Shown here in pieces: positions 32,601 through 40,898 of a DNA stretch of 42,894 nt (position 1 is its first letter; each line of letters opens with the position of its first letter). The stretch covers positions 1 through 42,894 of the forward strand of contig CAYJWH010000003.1 in the NCBI GenBank assembly GCA_964373875.1. The letters run 5' to 3'. The notes under the pieces were generated by a model that saw only the letters and a list, made by a program, of their open reading frames with translations, was not told where the DNA came from and did no database searches. The position numbers were made by a program, and so were the translations under genes. Origin of the DNA: an uncultured Candidatus Saccharibacteria bacterium (lineage in GTDB: Bacteria; Patescibacteriota; Minisyncoccia; Sungbacterales; HO2-52-23).

Positions 32601-33150
32601 CGCGGCAAGGGATGTCGCGCTTGCCAAAGTAACCTTACGGCTCGCGACTTCAGGCGCTGCTACCGATTTCTGGACGGTTAACACCGTTAACCTGTACGCC
32701 TATTCTGATGTCGGATTTAGTACGCAGGCCTACTCCAACAACCCGGTTACCCGAGGCGGATGGGCCAACCTAGCCGCGACCTCAACTGCTTTGTCTGCTG
32801 ATATTCCGATTCAGTTCAATCCGGTTAACGCTGGAGGCGCTGGTACACAGTACGAGACCTTAATTGTTCCTGCGGGACAAACCAGGTACTTTGAAGTCCG
32901 AGGTACTCCGGCATCAAGTGTTGCTGGCGACTCGCTGACCGCGACCATCAAGGGTGATACTGCGGTCCTTGTACCCGCCGCATTGGTTGGTACAGCGTCT
33001 TCAGGTGCCGCTTTCCTCAGAGACAGTGCCTTTATCTGGTCTCCGAACTCCACCACGTCTTCGGCCACCACGTCTAACGACTGGTTGAACGGATTCACGG
33101 TGGACGGTCTACCATCGACCAACATGTCCCAGAACTCATTTACGAGATAA
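29632..33150 (+). CDS. Large secreted surface (S-layer-like) protein with a PG-binding domain
   Basis: Signal peptide, coiled segment, PGBD1-like GDDVKCLQDKL...FGPLTQAAVAKWQ, (PAA)n linker, then about 1000 aa rich in T/S/A/V/G/N; visibly higher GC than its neighbours; two terminators downstream. Confidence 0.8.
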   Translation: MNIKLKATTLVTSIVLSGVAVVVPFAAVADHTTAHTIEQLSAQIVALQAQLTALSGAPAAPAAGACSFTRNLSRGVRGDDVKCLQDKLIAQGHLASGNNTAFFGPLTQAAVAKWQAANGVAPAVGYFGPLSQAKYNSMVAAAPAAPAAPAAPAVPGAPVVAVGSGLTVTASANQPEAALAPLKAARVPMVRAILTASADGDVTVKSVTVERQGLADDDAFDSIVLLDQDGVQVGDSKTLNALNQVKLNESFVVKAGTSKTITIGANMVSTSGSNAGQVAKFAIVAVDAGSSAVNASLPIAGNGMTINESLSLGSVDSPTRGARDPGAGRDPLEIGTKGFIASGVKWTVGSAEPVILEQMRWYQSGSVASGDIKNVKVVLKDVEYDAAVSSDGKYYTARFGSGIEYDKGATIDAYIKADIESGSNRTVDFDIQKRTDIVARGKTFGYYMIPANGTSDPTDDTGAFSNTEPYYDAYQHTISKGSLRVEKSNAVPSSNIAEDVSGTSFGAFTFEAKGEPVQVSSFKVNVIFTGTATATDMINISLYDKNNAVVAGPKDGTASGITFTDTWTVPVGTNVYTLKGKVDTSAANNDTIQFATNPNSHITAKGETTGLTITATPSTGVTANTQTVKTAALSVSLSTSPVSQSVVRGVNGFTMAKLVYDATASGEDLRITSQVLGLTPASGGQANDLNSCQIFDGAVALNTGGNVTNPDETAANTEDALTFNFDTGLVLAKGVVKVVDVKCNISNTPAAGETFRLGLTSTNSDSAVTGLNTGVTVTESETLNTGPTMTIQTAGTLTVTKDSSSPTVRYGIAGKTGVVMGVLKINATNEDIKLNQIGLILSTSTASTSDVVKVTVWDGATKVGEAFFTEVTLPSGGPIARATSTLTSTFTIPKDTDKLLTVKADLSAIGISEAGTRGRLVEVNYDGGGVSTEGAGQSSGTTINPTAGAVTDAAGVRLVRTVPTLTKLSVLTSTLSNVETILYRFSVTADAARDVALAKVTLRLATSGAATDFWTVNTVNLYAYSDVGFSTQAYSNNPVTRGGWANLAATSTALSADIPIQFNPVNAGGAGTQYETLIVPAGQTRYFEVRGTPASSVAGDSLTATIKGDTAVLVPAALVGTASSGAAFLRDSAFIWSPNSTTSSATTSNDWLNGFTVDGLPSTNMSQNSFTR
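30052..30090 (+). repeat. Tandem 9-bp repeat (GCAGCTCCT)x4
   Basis: Perfect copies at 30052-30087 encoding AAPAAPAAPAAP. Confidence 0.9.
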
Positions 33151-33192
33151 TAAGAGTCACTCTTGTGCGTCGAGCCAAGCTCGATGGATTCG

Positions 33193-33228
33193 GCAAGAAC
33201 CTAGGTTTTCCTAGGTTCTTTGCTTTTT
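33193..33228 (+). terminator. Intrinsic terminator 1 after the surface-protein gene
   Basis: GCAAGAACCTAGG-ttttc-CTAGGTTCTTTGC then TTTTT. Confidence 0.85.
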
Positions 33229-33278
33229 AGGCAGGGTCTCAATTATCCGTTAAATATAAAAGACCCTTAATTATGGGG

Positions 33279-33311
33279 ATAAATCCCGCTTCTTGGCGGG
33301 ATTTATTTTTG
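33279..33311 (+). terminator. Intrinsic terminator 2
   Basis: ATAAATCCCGC-ttcttg-GCGGGATTTAT then TTTTT. Confidence 0.8.
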
Positions 33312-33312
33312 G

Positions 33313-33318
33313 TATACT
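33313..33318 (+). promoter_or_regulatory. -10 box TATACT, 6 nt before ATG 33325 (leaderless geometry)
   Basis: Same spacing as prfB; no SD. Confidence 0.35.
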
Positions 33319-33324
33319 ACGACC

Positions 33325-34230
33325 ATGCGGGAAAAAGTAGCTTATATATTGATATTTTTGAATTTTATTATGCCGGGAGTGGCATTGGCCTCTTTTGAAA
33401 AGGACCTTTATTTTGGCCTACGCAATGACGCGGAAGTGACTAAACTGCAGGAATTTCTTAGGGACCAGCGCGTATATACAGGGCCGATTACAGGCGGCTT
33501 TTTTTCGTTAACCCGTGATGCGGTAAAGAAATTTCAGGAAAAAGAAAAAATTATACCGGCCGCAGGATTCTTTGGACGTCTCACACGCGCGCGAGCAAAT
33601 AGCTTTTTGTCAGCAAATCCCCCAAGTGAAACAATCACTTCTTCGCTGGCGAGTCAGATTGCGGCACTTCAAGCAAAACTGGCGGAGCTTCAAGAAAAAC
33701 TTAAAAAAGAGGGGTCAGTACCATCTGCGTCAATCTCGCCTGCGGCTCCAGTCGAGCCGGAACCGGTGAAGGTGAAGAAACTCATCATTAAGGGAGGCAG
33801 TGACATATCTTTTCCGGTGGGAACTGAAGTCTCTCTTAAGCTCGGGAAAATAACATTGGCTAATCAAACGGATAACGATATTTTTTTGGCCCAGCTTCAG
33901 GTAAAGATTACTGACAATATGGATTCTCCTTTCAATCGTGATAAAGAAGTTATCTTTGTACTCCGGCGAGGAGAAACCACTGGGGATCCCGAAATTTCCA
34001 AAACAAAGTTTACATTCAACTCCAACGCGCCACTTACTAGCCCGCATACGGCGTCTACCAACTTTTCTCTGCCGGAGACATTGCGGACGGGTGAAGAAAG
34101 AACGTTTGGGCTTTGGATAGACAATCTGCAATATGTTGCAAGGGGTTCGCTTGACATTGAACTTATCTCTATTTTAACTACTATCGCAGTAGAGTCCGAA
34201 GGAACACTTCGTTTCCGTTTGACAAAGTAG
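33325..34230 (+). CDS. Secreted PG-binding-domain protein
   Basis: Signal peptide; PGBD1-like DAEVTKLQEFL...GFFSLTRDAVKKFQ; coiled ASQIAALQAKLAELQ resembling the N-terminus of CDS 29632. Confidence 0.7.
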   Translation: MREKVAYILIFLNFIMPGVALASFEKDLYFGLRNDAEVTKLQEFLRDQRVYTGPITGGFFSLTRDAVKKFQEKEKIIPAAGFFGRLTRARANSFLSANPPSETITSSLASQIAALQAKLAELQEKLKKEGSVPSASISPAAPVEPEPVKVKKLIIKGGSDISFPVGTEVSLKLGKITLANQTDNDIFLAQLQVKITDNMDSPFNRDKEVIFVLRRGETTGDPEISKTKFTFNSNAPLTSPHTASTNFSLPETLRTGEERTFGLWIDNLQYVARGSLDIELISILTTIAVESEGTLRFRLTK

Positions 34231-34254
34231 CGGTATCCCGATAGAATCGTTCAT

Positions 34255-35037
34255 ATGATTTTGGATAAAAAGAAAATCTTTATTATTGTAATTATCGTTT
34301 TGTTGGGTCTCTCTATCTTTTTTAGAGACCGTATCTCTTCAATACTCACTTTTAGAAGCGAGCCGGAACGCGTTGTGAAATTGCCAGAGGACAAACCAAA
34401 AGAAGAAAAACTCGGAGAGGCGCTAATTTCTTCCTCCATGCCTGTTTATAAAGGAGCGGATCCCGCTCAAGTTCTTCCCGATCCGGAGGCGCTAAAGGGG
34501 CTCGACGATCAGCAGAAAGAAAATCTCTATTCGCGAATAAGGACCCACGCGGGCGAGGTCAAAGCGAATCCTGATTACTTTGCCGGATGGTTGGAGATAG
34601 GATTGCTTAAAAAAGTTATTGGAGACCTTGCCGGGGCAAGAGATGCGTGGGAATACGCAAGTTTGATTCGCCCCCAAAATTCCGTATCGTTTGCAAACCT
34701 TGGAGAACTATACTGGCGTTATCTTTCGGATTATCCGCGGTCCGAGCAGAATTTCCATAAAGCCCTCGAAAACGATCCAAAAGATGCGGATACTTATGTT
34801 TCCATTGCCGAGTTGTATCACTATTCTCTGCGGAACAAAGTCAACGAAGCCCCCGGGGTTCTACTAGACGGTCTTAAAGTTAATCCCGGAAACGATACCC
34901 TAACGCGCCGCCTCGCCTATCTTTATGAGCAAAGAGAAGAATACGCGTTAGCGCTTGAATGGTGGGAGAAGGTGCTGGCCGGAGATCCCGGCAATTTAGC
35001 TGTTGTGGCCACCATAGAAAAACTTAGGAACAGGTAA
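34255..35037 (+). CDS. Membrane-anchored TPR-repeat protein
   Basis: N-terminal TM; several 34-aa W/Y/A/P TPR-like units. Confidence 0.7.
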   Translation: MILDKKKIFIIVIIVLLGLSIFFRDRISSILTFRSEPERVVKLPEDKPKEEKLGEALISSSMPVYKGADPAQVLPDPEALKGLDDQQKENLYSRIRTHAGEVKANPDYFAGWLEIGLLKKVIGDLAGARDAWEYASLIRPQNSVSFANLGELYWRYLSDYPRSEQNFHKALENDPKDADTYVSIAELYHYSLRNKVNEAPGVLLDGLKVNPGNDTLTRRLAYLYEQREEYALALEWWEKVLAGDPGNLAVVATIEKLRNR

Positions 35038-35040
35038 TCA

Positions 35041-35063
35041 CTATAGAGGTTTAGCCTCTATAG
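35041..35063 (+). repeat. REP copy (perfect; stem extended to 13 bp by flanks ATCA/TGAT)
   Basis: CTATAGAGG-TTTAG-CCTCTATAG, 3 nt after the TPR gene stop. Confidence 0.95.
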
Positions 35064-35067
35064 TGAT

Positions 35068-35097
35068 AAAAACACGACAGGCGCCTGTCGTGTTTTT
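35068..35097 (+). terminator. Intrinsic terminator
   Basis: ACACGACAGGC/GCCTGTCGTGT hairpin followed by TTTTT. Confidence 0.85.
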
Positions 35098-35138
35098 AGT
35101 TTGACGAAGTCTGCCTGTTTTTGCTACTTTGTCTCCAT

Positions 35139-36566
35139 ATGCTTGTGACTCTTTTTGTTTTTATTTTCGCGCTATTCCCGTTGGCGGTTCTACACGCGGC
35201 TGAAGGAGATATAATTATTACGGAAATCATGTATGATCTTCCGGACGCTGACGGCATGAGAGAGTGGGTCGAAATCTATAACAGCGGAGCGGGGCCGGTA
35301 ACGGTTATCGGCGGATCTGGAAATAATACCTGGCGTTTACACGAGATCCACTCATCGGGACCGCACAACCATACGTTTGGAGCCGAGCCATCACAAGGAA
35401 GCATGACTCTATCCTCCGGGCAGTATGCCGTGATTGCTCAAAACGGAGAAGCATTTTTGGCGGATAATCCAAATTTTAGCAAGACAATTCTTATTTCTTC
35501 AGCTTTTTCTCTTACCAATACCAGCCAGACACTTGGTTTGCGAATTGGTTCATCGGGTACTGTCTGGAGCGGGGTAAATTACGCAAGTGAACTTGGCGCG
35601 CAAGGGGATGGGAAGTCGCTTCAGCTTATTGGTTCACAATGGGTCGCGGCATCTTCAACGCCCGGCGCTTTCAATAGTATTGAGACCACGCCCTCACCAT
35701 CTTCCTCCGAAGAAGGCGTGAGTGCGCCTCCGTCGGCTAGTGGAGCATCCGTAACAACACAATCAAAAATAACAATTGTATTTCCTTCCATCAAGGCCAA
35801 CTCCGGAGGAAACCGGACGGCAGTTGCGGGATCGCTCATTGAGTTCAAAGGTAACGCTTTAGGGCTAAAAGACGATCCGTTGGACAACGCTCGCTTTTGG
35901 TGGAATTTGGGGGATGGCAACTCAATCGAGGGAAGATCAATCTTGCATACTTTTAGAATTCCCGGAACTTACACGGTGGGCCTGCATGTGTCTTCTGGAG
36001 AATATGCCGCTTCGGACTATATAACCGTATCGGTTATTCCAAACCAACTGCGGGTCGCGGATGTTATACTTTTAGAAGACGGATATATCAAACTGGTGAA
36101 CAAAGAGAAAACCGAGATAGACCTTGGCGGATGGATTTTAGAAGATTCTTCCGGAAAGACGTTCACGATTCCCGTGAAAACCAAAATCGGTCCGCAAGCG
36201 GAAATTGCCCTGTTGAATTCGGTAACTTCCCTTTTTAAGTTCGTTGATTCCTCACGCGCGATTATCCGCTATCCAAACGGTAGGGAGGCCGTTAGATGGA
36301 GCGTGGATGCCAAAAGTTTAGTGTCTGACATCGGTACTACTGTTTCTCCGCGGGTTTTGACGGATGACGTCAATGTTAAAGATCGGGTGTCGGACATAGG
36401 GGAAGAAGACCCGGCGGCGGCTCCGGAACTTGTCCCCAAGCTCGGGTCGGAACAAGCCGCAGTGGCTGCCTCCGGAATAAGCTCTAAATTGTTTTTCTTG
36501 CTTGCCGCCGTTTTTAGCGTTCTCGCGTCTGTCGGCTTCTTCCTCGTCAAAAAGAAATATTTCTGA
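35139..36566 (+). CDS. Surface protein: lamin-tail domain, PKD domain, second LTD-like domain, C-terminal TM anchor
   Basis: ITEIMYDLPDADGMREWVEIYN (LTD); WNLGDGNS...GTYTVGLHV (PKD); IDLGGWILEDSSG; C-terminal hydrophobic helix. Confidence 0.75.
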   Translation: MLVTLFVFIFALFPLAVLHAAEGDIIITEIMYDLPDADGMREWVEIYNSGAGPVTVIGGSGNNTWRLHEIHSSGPHNHTFGAEPSQGSMTLSSGQYAVIAQNGEAFLADNPNFSKTILISSAFSLTNTSQTLGLRIGSSGTVWSGVNYASELGAQGDGKSLQLIGSQWVAASSTPGAFNSIETTPSPSSSEEGVSAPPSASGASVTTQSKITIVFPSIKANSGGNRTAVAGSLIEFKGNALGLKDDPLDNARFWWNLGDGNSIEGRSILHTFRIPGTYTVGLHVSSGEYAASDYITVSVIPNQLRVADVILLEDGYIKLVNKEKTEIDLGGWILEDSSGKTFTIPVKTKIGPQAEIALLNSVTSLFKFVDSSRAIIRYPNGREAVRWSVDAKSLVSDIGTTVSPRVLTDDVNVKDRVSDIGEEDPAAAPELVPKLGSEQAAVAASGISSKLFFLLAAVFSVLASVGFFLVKKKYF

Positions 36567-38758
36567 TGCAAAAACCGAAAATTCTTATCTTTACCACCTC
36601 CTACCACCCATTTATAGGAGGTGCCGAAATAGCTGTCCAGGAAATTACCAGGCGCCTGAAAGAGCGCTTTGATTTTTATATTGTAACTTCCCGATTTCGC
36701 CGTGATCTGCCCAAGAGAGAAATAAGACCGGAGGGGATCGTCCTAAGAATAGGATTTGGCAATCGGCTGGATAAATATTTGCTTATCTTAGCCCCCTTTT
36801 ACTATAGAGGTTTAGCCTCTATAGTGCTGGGGGTGGATATCTCCCAGGCGTCGGTAGCCGCGGCAATTTACAAAATTCTCAATCCAAGAACTCCTTTTGT
36901 ATTAAATATCCAATTTGGCGAGAGCGAGGAGCGGCTTTCTTCCGGACGGGCAGGAATCATATCTGTTATGTTTCGTTTTATCCTCGGCCGGGCGGACTTT
37001 GTGACGGCCATCTCGAGCTATCTTCTAAATATCGCGAGAAGCTATGGATACAAAGGGCCGGCAGGGGCAGTACCTAATGGAGTAGATGTCTCAAAATTCC
37101 AAAACACAAAACACAAATCACAAACTAATCATAAAATAGTAATTACGACCGGGAGACTAGTCCGTAAAAACGGCGTCGATATTTTAATAAAGGCGATTGC
37201 CGAGATAAAAAAAAGTATCCCGGATGTTCGGCTGCATATAGTCGGCAATGGCCTGGAACGTAAGAATCTTGAGTTGCAAGTTTCAAATTACAAACTGCAA
37301 GAAAACGTAACGTTTTTAGGCAGTGTTTCCCATGAAGAAGTTCCACGGCACTTGCATGAGGCAGACCTCTTTGTCCGTCCTTCGCGCTCCGAAGGCATGG
37401 GCAACTCTTTTATAGAGGCCCTTGCGGCCGGTCTGCCAATAATCGGAACTCCGGTGGGCGGAATTTTAGATATAATTGAGGATGAAAAAACCGGGCTTTT
37501 TTGCAATCCCGAAGATCCGCGGGATTTGGCCGAGAAAATTACTCGGCTCCTGCAAGATAAAGCTCTCTCCTCCAATATAGCGGCTCAAGGCAAAAAAATG
37601 GTTGAGGATAGATTTTCTTGGGATAAAATTGCTGAAGCATACGCCGAGTTACTATCGAGGTTTAGCCTCTATAGTGAGGCTAAACCTCTGCGTATTTTGG
37701 TCGCGACTCCGTTGCTGCCGCCGCAGATAGGAGGCCCCGCTCAATATGCCAGACATTTATCCGAAGAATTTTTAAAACTTGAACAGAAAGTAAAAGTAAT
37801 TTCTTTTGGAAAATATCTGCGTTATCCAAGCGGAATCCGCCATCTGCTTTATTTATGGGCACTTGCCATACACGCGATAAAAAGCGATCTCATATTCGCG
37901 TTGGATTATACAAGCGTTGGGTTTCCGGCGGCTATAGTTTCTCTGATTTTTAGAAGGCCACTAGTGATTAGAGTTGAAGGCGATTTTCTTTGGGAAAGCT
38001 TTGTGGAGCGCGCGCGACAGGATATAATTCTAAGGGAGTTCTATAAAAATCCTCCCTCCCTCACGCCAAAAGAAAGGCTGGTTAAATGGCTTTCGGGTTG
38101 GGTGATGCGACGTGCCTCAAAACTCGTCTTTTCTTCCGAATGGAGGCGGTCTATGGTTGTTGATGCTTATAAGATTCCTTCAGAGAAAACTTTAATAATC
38201 CGCAACGTCTTTCCATATTCGGTAGCGCTAGAGCCTAGAGCCTATAGCCTAGAGCCCAGAATTATCCTTTGGGCTGGCCGGATGCTCTACCTTAAAAATC
38301 TCCAGCGCCTGATTAGGGCATTTGCAAACATGAACGTTTCATCTTACGAACTTCATCTCGTTGGGGAAGGACCGGAGAGAAAAAATCTTGAGCGCCTCAT
38401 AAACGAATATCACGCTGGGAGCCGCATAAAATTTTTTGATTCAATGGATCACGGGAAGCTCATGGACAAACTTGCTTCTTCAACGGCAGTTGTATTGCCG
38501 TCTCTTTCCGATGTCGGCCCAAATATAGTTACCGAAGCAATTAGCGCGGGCGTACCGGTAATCATGACTAAAGAATCCGGACATGCGGAGATTTTTCATC
38601 ACAAAGTTGAGTTGGTCAATCCGTTGGATGAGGGTGATTTGCGCCGGAAACTCGAAAAATTAATGAGAGAACCCGCAGAACGAGTTGTATCCGCATTCAC
38701 GATCCGACCGTGGGTTACTGCTGCCAAAGAGTGGATTAGTTTATTTAAGTCTCTATGA
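36566..38758 (+). CDS. Fused double GT4-family glycosyltransferase (two complete GT-B units joined through a REP doublet)
   Basis: Unit 1 has the EGMGNSFIEALAAGLPIIGT motif. Unit 2 begins RILVATPLLPPQIGGPAQ right after the REP doublet and has SDVGPNIVTEAISAGVPVI. Confidence 0.8.
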   Translation: MQKPKILIFTTSYHPFIGGAEIAVQEITRRLKERFDFYIVTSRFRRDLPKREIRPEGIVLRIGFGNRLDKYLLILAPFYYRGLASIVLGVDISQASVAAAIYKILNPRTPFVLNIQFGESEERLSSGRAGIISVMFRFILGRADFVTAISSYLLNIARSYGYKGPAGAVPNGVDVSKFQNTKHKSQTNHKIVITTGRLVRKNGVDILIKAIAEIKKSIPDVRLHIVGNGLERKNLELQVSNYKLQENVTFLGSVSHEEVPRHLHEADLFVRPSRSEGMGNSFIEALAAGLPIIGTPVGGILDIIEDEKTGLFCNPEDPRDLAEKITRLLQDKALSSNIAAQGKKMVEDRFSWDKIAEAYAELLSRFSLYSEAKPLRILVATPLLPPQIGGPAQYARHLSEEFLKLEQKVKVISFGKYLRYPSGIRHLLYLWALAIHAIKSDLIFALDYTSVGFPAAIVSLIFRRPLVIRVEGDFLWESFVERARQDIILREFYKNPPSLTPKERLVKWLSGWVMRRASKLVFSSEWRRSMVVDAYKIPSEKTLIIRNVFPYSVALEPRAYSLEPRIILWAGRMLYLKNLQRLIRAFANMNVSSYELHLVGEGPERKNLERLINEYHAGSRIKFFDSMDHGKLMDKLASSTAVVLPSLSDVGPNIVTEAISAGVPVIMTKESGHAEIFHHKVELVNPLDEGDLRRKLEKLMREPAERVVSAFTIRPWVTAAKEWISLFKSL
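36802..36824 (+). repeat. REP copy (perfect) inserted in frame in GT unit 1
   Basis: Codons 36800-36823 read YYRGLASI, identical to the peptide encoded by the REP inside the RAYT gene. Confidence 0.95.
37652..37674 (+). repeat. REP copy (1 mismatch: CTATCGAGG)
   Basis: At the junction of the two GT units. Confidence 0.9.
37672..37690 (-). repeat. Degenerate REP copy (GAGG-CTAAA-CCTCT) forming a doublet
   Basis: Shares TAG with the preceding copy; reads through as SEAKPL. Confidence 0.65.
38228..38255 (+). repeat. Tandem heptamer (CTAGAGC)x4, third unit CTATAGC
   Basis: Inside GT unit 2, encoding ALEPRAYSLEP. Confidence 0.85.
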
Positions 38759-39870
38759 AAGTACTGGTTATAGGCCGCGAGCCGAATATATTTGACGAAC
38801 ATTCGGAAGCGTATCGCAGAATCCGGGAATACGCGGAGCTTTTTGACGAACTTCACATTGTCCCGGGAGAAAAGGAAAAACGCGAACCCAAGCGGGTCGG
38901 CAATCTTTATGTTTGGCCGGCCTGTTCTCGTTACGCGGTTCCCAGATTCTTTAAGGTTTTTTGGAAAGGCGTCTCCAAAGCGCGGGAATACCGTATTGAC
39001 GTGATCGACGCCCAAGATGCCGGAGAATGGGGACTGATCGCGTGGCTGGTGTCCGTATGCACAAGGATCCCTTTTAGGCTGCAAATTCATACGGACGTAT
39101 TCAGTCCTTGGTACAGAAAAGCGTCATGGAAAGAAAGAGTACGGTATTTCCTTGCCAGGTTTTTAGTTCCCAGAGCGCGCTGTGTTAGAGTTGTTTCAGA
39201 GCGAATCAGGCGATCTCTTGCGTCCGACCTCAAATATAAAAGCCCGGGTGCCGTAACTTTGCCTATTTTTACCGATATTTCTGATTTTTTGAAGGTCTCT
39301 CGTACCGGAGACGCTTCAGGGTTAAATATGGTTGCCGCCGGAAGATTTATAGATAGGGAGAAAAATTTCAGTATGTTGCTTCGGATGATGGCCGATCTGA
39401 TAAAAACCTGTCCGAAAGCGCGTTTAACTATTTTCGGAGACGGGCCCGACAAAAAATATTACGAGGAACTGATTTCCTCCAAGAATTTGGGTATGTATGT
39501 TAAAATAAGTCCGTGGACTACCCGAGAGAACATAATCAAATTTTACTCCACGTGCAATGTTTATTTGATGTCCTCAAATTTTGAAGGCTGGGGCAGGGTT
39601 GTAATAGAAGCAATGGCAGCGGGCCTCGCGATAGTCACGACCGATGTTGGACTTGCCGGAGAAGTAGTGAAAAACGGAGAAAACGGAGTTGTGGTGCCTC
39701 CCGCCGATGAAGAAAAATATTCGCGGGCTGTTCGTGATTTGTGTGAAAATCCCGATAAAATAATCCGACTCGCGACCGCGGGCAGGAAAACCGCGCAAGA
39801 CCTTAAACCGGCAACCAAAGAAGAGTACCTCGCATTATATAAAGAAAGTTTTTCAAAATGCGTCTTTTAG
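38755..39870 (+). CDS. GT4-family glycosyltransferase
   Basis: ATGA overlap with the upstream gene; SNFEGWGRVVIEAMAAGLAIVTTDVG...ENG motif. Confidence 0.85.
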   Translation: MKVLVIGREPNIFDEHSEAYRRIREYAELFDELHIVPGEKEKREPKRVGNLYVWPACSRYAVPRFFKVFWKGVSKAREYRIDVIDAQDAGEWGLIAWLVSVCTRIPFRLQIHTDVFSPWYRKASWKERVRYFLARFLVPRARCVRVVSERIRRSLASDLKYKSPGAVTLPIFTDISDFLKVSRTGDASGLNMVAAGRFIDREKNFSMLLRMMADLIKTCPKARLTIFGDGPDKKYYEELISSKNLGMYVKISPWTTRENIIKFYSTCNVYLMSSNFEGWGRVVIEAMAAGLAIVTTDVGLAGEVVKNGENGVVVPPADEEKYSRAVRDLCENPDKIIRLATAGRKTAQDLKPATKEEYLALYKESFSKCVF

Positions 39871-40898
39871 TTGTCACTCAAGTCATTGATGCAAATCACC
39901 CCGTACTTGGTTTCTTTTGCCGGTGGGTTGAAGAATTCGTCAAACACGCGGAGCAAGTCACGGTGATTACCGGTTTCGTCGGTAAATGCAATTTTCCGTC
40001 CAACGTATCGGTTTATTCTTTAGGTAAGGAAGAAGGAGCTGGCAGGCCTAAACGCATCTATAGATTTTGCAAGCTTTTTTTTCATCACTACGCAAAATCC
40101 GATGCGGTCTTTTTCCATATGATTCCGGAGTCCGTAGCGGCCGCCTTGCCGTTTCTTATCTTTTCTTGGAAAACCACAGGCCTTTGGTATGTCCATAAAA
40201 GCGTTACTTGGAAATTAAAACTTGCGGAGCGGATTGTTGATTATGTTTTTACCGCTTCTGATATGAGTTTTCGGCTCCCTTCAAAAAAGGTCATCTACAC
40301 TGGCCACGCGATTGATACCGACTTTTTTTCGCCTGGAAATTCTTTTCATTCGCCCGGTCAGGCGCTTCGCATGCTCACGGTTGGCAGAATTTCCCCTGTC
40401 AAAGATTATGAGACGGTTATTCGCGCGTGCAAAATTTTAAAAGACAGCTGGCCGCGGTTCTGGACCCTCTCGATTGTCGGTGGTCCTTTAATGGAGCGGG
40501 ACAAAGAATACCTTCTCTTGCTGAAAAAACAGGTTGCCGAATTGGGACTTGAGCGCCATATTGTGTTTCAAGGCGCCCGTCCTTATACGGAAATTGCTTC
40601 GTTGTACCACGACCACGATGTATTTATTTCCATGTCTCGAACCGGCTCTATTGATAAAGCAGTGCTTGAAGCGATGTCCTCCGGCCTGACAGTGCTTACG
40701 GCCAATGAGGCTTTTAGAGAAATTTTGCCTCCCCCTTATTTTATTGAAAAAAGAAGTCCCGAGCTTCTGGCTGAGCGGATAAAGGCGCTGGCGTTTGAAC
40801 CCCGACCCAACTTAAAATTGCGGGAAATCGTAGTTGAGAATCATAGTCTTGAGAAAACCATAAGCCGAATTTGTGAGCTTCTTTCGCATGGAGTATAA
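39858..40898 (+). CDS. Glycosyltransferase (GT-B, GT4-like)
   Basis: GRISPVKDYE and GSIDKAVLEAMSSGLTVLT; overlaps the upstream gene by 13 nt. Confidence 0.7.
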   Translation: MRLLVVTQVIDANHPVLGFFCRWVEEFVKHAEQVTVITGFVGKCNFPSNVSVYSLGKEEGAGRPKRIYRFCKLFFHHYAKSDAVFFHMIPESVAAALPFLIFSWKTTGLWYVHKSVTWKLKLAERIVDYVFTASDMSFRLPSKKVIYTGHAIDTDFFSPGNSFHSPGQALRMLTVGRISPVKDYETVIRACKILKDSWPRFWTLSIVGGPLMERDKEYLLLLKKQVAELGLERHIVFQGARPYTEIASLYHDHDVFISMSRTGSIDKAVLEAMSSGLTVLTANEAFREILPPPYFIEKRSPELLAERIKALAFEPRPNLKLREIVVENHSLEKTISRICELLSHGV

